From Fimbriosthenelais zetlandica (lineage: Eukaryota), in contig OZ365109.1 in NCBI GenBank assembly GCA_977030845.1, positions 53,630,001 to 53,694,000 on the forward strand: 64,000 bases of DNA, read 5' to 3'. The position numbers and the translations under genes are program-made. Shown one piece after another: positions 60,776 through 64,000 of the stretch (positions are counted from its first letter, which is position 1; every line of letters starts with the position of its first letter). The notes beneath the pieces are model-generated. The model did no database searches. It was not told the DNA's origin and worked only from the letters and a program-made list of their open reading frames with translations.

Positions 60776-63700
60776 GAACCCCAGCCCTGAAGCCTGCCAG
60801 GAGTGAAAACGAGATGAGATGAAAGGCAAGAAGAGATAAACCACAGGTAGGCCAGGGATATGCTGGTACTGAATCCAGCATTGTAATGCCTAATGAGGCA
60901 AGGATATACCAGCATAATTATGGTATTCTGTAGTCATTAAGGGGTATGATCCAGTTATTAAAAGGATCAATATTAACCCGGCAAACTAAGCCTATAGGGG
61001 TTATAATACAAGCCTATGGGATCTGTTACAACAAGGAAGCGCTGCTAATTGGGTCTTAGTTGCAGTTCCCTATTGTTAACATATCAAAGTCAGTGAGAGG
61101 CATAATTCGATCACTGAGGTGGATATATGGACACAATACAATATTCTATATAGGCTTACAGCTTTCTTCATAATCAGTTTAATCTTGGGACTTTTGTACC
61201 TTTTCATGAACACAGACTTGGGGGATCTGCAATGCATTACTGCCTGAGATTGCACCACTTCAATCACTAGATAGATTCCTCTAATTTTGTATCAAAAAGT
61301 GTTATTTTCCCCTCTACAATGGATGGAGATGAATGTGGATTAATGGAGAAGGATTAGGAGAGATCACATTAGTTAGATTGCATTAGATTCATCTCAGTCA
61401 TAGACAATTGGCCTAGGGGATGTAGGGGTGAGGAAGGGGGAATGGGAGGGGGATGTTGGCCTACAGAGTAGAGGGAAATGGGAGACATGTCCTTCGCTTT
61501 GCCTGGGGAGCAGACCTGTTATCACAGGACCCTGGATTGGAGGAGAGGGGAAAAGTGGGGAATGGGAACAGGGAACGGAGAGAGAGATGGGGAGAAAGGG
61601 CTTGGTGAACTGGATGAATTAGGCTGGTTGACAAGGAAGGACATACTCACACAGTAGTGAGTGATATGTTTTATTCATGCTTTATATCCAGGCATTGAGG
61701 AACAAAGCCAGGATGAGGGAAATATGGGAACACCCGTTATGAAAGTCTATGAATGAACTTATCTCCAGTTGTACGCGAATTAATGGAGATAATGGATGAA
61801 GAATACTGCATGTATTTTACTGTGAAGTTATGAATCAATAGGCAGCGTGTATTGTTCTATAGTGCCCTGGGATGAGATGTCCTCAAATGACATACAATAA
61901 TTATGATTTATTGTCAGTATTTCTCCATATGGAAATATTCAGGAATAAATTCCAGCAATATTTGGAATGGCAGCTAATGAAAAGAGTGCTTGGATAAGAG
62001 AATGATTATAATGATCAAATAAATTTGAATAGAATCACATTTTTCAATTTATGGAGGAAATTAAAGATAATTCATGAAGAATGATCGACTGAGGCAATGT
62101 ATTAATATGAAGAATTTCCTCCATTTCCCTGAATATTATTCTGAAATTTACATCTTCTAGGCAAAATAGAAATGTATTTAATGTAATGCATTATTCAGCG
62201 TGTACTTTTCTTATACCAACTAGCAATAGCAGTACACAGATCAGCCATCAGGGGCGTCAAATTATGCATACAAACCTCAGATACGCTGGAATGCACTTTC
62301 AATGTTAATCATATTCATGAATTAGTTTAATGGAATCTCAATGGCATGTTTGTTGAAGCCGGCATGTAAACAAACTCGAGTGCAGAGGATGATTTTATGT
62401 TAATGAGGGTTATCCATCATGTCACGACCTGCCTTCAGCAGCGAGGTTATCCAGAACTGGGTCAAGGTGCTTAGCAATGGGGAAAAGCAAGGTCATATAG
62501 AGGAGCCATTATTGGCAGCAATGGCTGGCAATCTCTGCAGTGCAATCGATGTTAATAACCCACAAAAAAAGCTACAAAAACAGAGATTCCTGTCTAAAAA
62601 CAGAAGTGAAGTTGACAGAGGTATTGGCCTGTGCCTGCCACATTTCTCCACTTTCAGATAATTCAATTCGGAGTTATGCAGCAAGGCCTTTGTTTGCTGA
62701 GCCTTGCTCTTCACAACAGGAGGTTGGCAGTGTTTTTGTCTGATATCATGCGCGTTAACAATGCCCCCTTTGACAATGGGGTCGCTTGGAGAGGGTGTCT
62801 GGCTTGCCCCAAGGGAATGGCCTAATTTGGGAAGCCCCGGGGGTGCTGTGATATTCCCCGTTTCCTCCCCCACTTTTCCCCCTTCCCTCGCGCGTTTCCC
62901 CTGTGGTAATTTTCTGTCATCGTGATTAATATGCTAGGAGTCAGTAGGATCGGGCATGGAGAGTACACCAGGGTCAGTGAGTGCAAATGTGTTACTGCAA
63001 AAAGAAATGCACTGAAATATTAATGTTATGTGGACAGCAGAAGTGTTGTTGATTTCCTGGCTACTCAAATATTTGGTCCCCTGATATGGACATTAAGTGG
63101 ACGCACTTGTTCTGTGCACAGTGAAAAGCTTACGGTCAATTCACTTAATGTGTTGTTTGCACAAAAGAGATTTAATTGTAACCGAATCAGCCAGACCATA
63201 TTTTCAGTGGATCCTTAATATATTCGCTTCAGTGGGCATCATGAAACATATTATGAAGGGGACACGATCAGCATGCAGTATATAGTATAGTATAACCTGT
63301 TATAATACTGTAATAAGGCACATAGCGAGGCAGGGATAAGAGCAGTAAACGCCTGCCCTGTCTAAGATATTCATGTTCCTAATACCTTTAGATACACAGA
63401 TCTCATCAAAGCAGCCGCACAAATAAAAACTGAAATAAATCCACATCAGAAGACTAATTTGTATGCAATGGATGACAAAGACAACTTTAGCGGACATATA
63501 AAACCAAGAAAAAAATGTTAGTTTGTGCCTGTGAGGTACAAATTGTGCTCTGTGATTCTAGTAGGTGGATGGTATGTGACTGGCATAGAGACGGGGCTGG
63601 GTTTGCCCAGGCGCCTAATGTATCATAATCTAGTTAGCCCGTCCTATTTGTTGACCGTGTCTGGTCCTTTTCCCCCCACAGGCCTGTGTACATTTCACAC

Positions 63701-64000
63701 TGGCCTCGCCAAATCTCACCCAAACTTAACAGTGCTGCAACTCTCGCGATAGGAGAGAATATTGGTGACTCAACGAGTGATGGAGCAGGCTTGCATGGGT
63801 GCTTGCTAGGGTGACCCTCCAAACTCTAACCTTGGTAACCCTACTCCTAGAAAGGGAGGGGCCCCTGGACAAAAGACAAAGCAATGTGTGGGTTCTTTGC
63901 TAGATCCTTATGGGTTTCACTATCCTCAGGTTCACTACATACCAGAGTCATCATGATAGAAAGATGGCATCTTTATTATAATAAACCTGAAGATAATGAC

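Noticed and set aside
62419-62925. Overlapping ORFs on both strands, up to 126 aa
   Set aside because: No recognisable product or coherent splice sites; more likely GC-rich regulatory DNA.
1-64000. Prokaryotic-type systems (CRISPR, defence operons, IS, prophage)
   Set aside because: The sequence is spliceosomal-intron-rich eukaryotic DNA with no long intronless ORFs or repeat-spacer arrays.

Overview
Eukaryotic (animal, probably invertebrate bilaterian) genomic DNA, AT-rich and mostly intronic. No prokaryotic operon, CRISPR array, RNA gene or intact transposon could be supported. The window is occupied by one large minus-strand gene of the SRCIN1 (p140Cap/SNIP) / KIAA1217 (sickle tail) / Drosophila CG32809 family (AIP3/Bud6-related N-terminal domain plus coiled coils). 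I traced 13 core coding exons by hand from 42490 down to position 1. All have GT-AG boundaries and matching phases, giving 778 uninterrupted codons that run off the left edge. The most interesting signal is in the long 5' introns. They hold several short ATG-to-donor exons whose phase matches the next core exon: (i) MGGCIS..., a myristoyl/palmitoyl-type start that only reads in frame through a 10-nt microexon encoding R-K-S; (ii) MCLLGCCCGCCRKRR..., a cysteine-string start next to RFX/E-box sites; (iii) MDELNRLY...; and (iv) a non-coding exon behind two CRE sites whose splice junction itself builds the AUG. The 5' introns also carry six RFX X-boxes (five canonical, one single-mismatch) and a candidate AG|GT recursive splice site. 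Alternative exons and regulatory roles are inferences from sequence and need transcript data.
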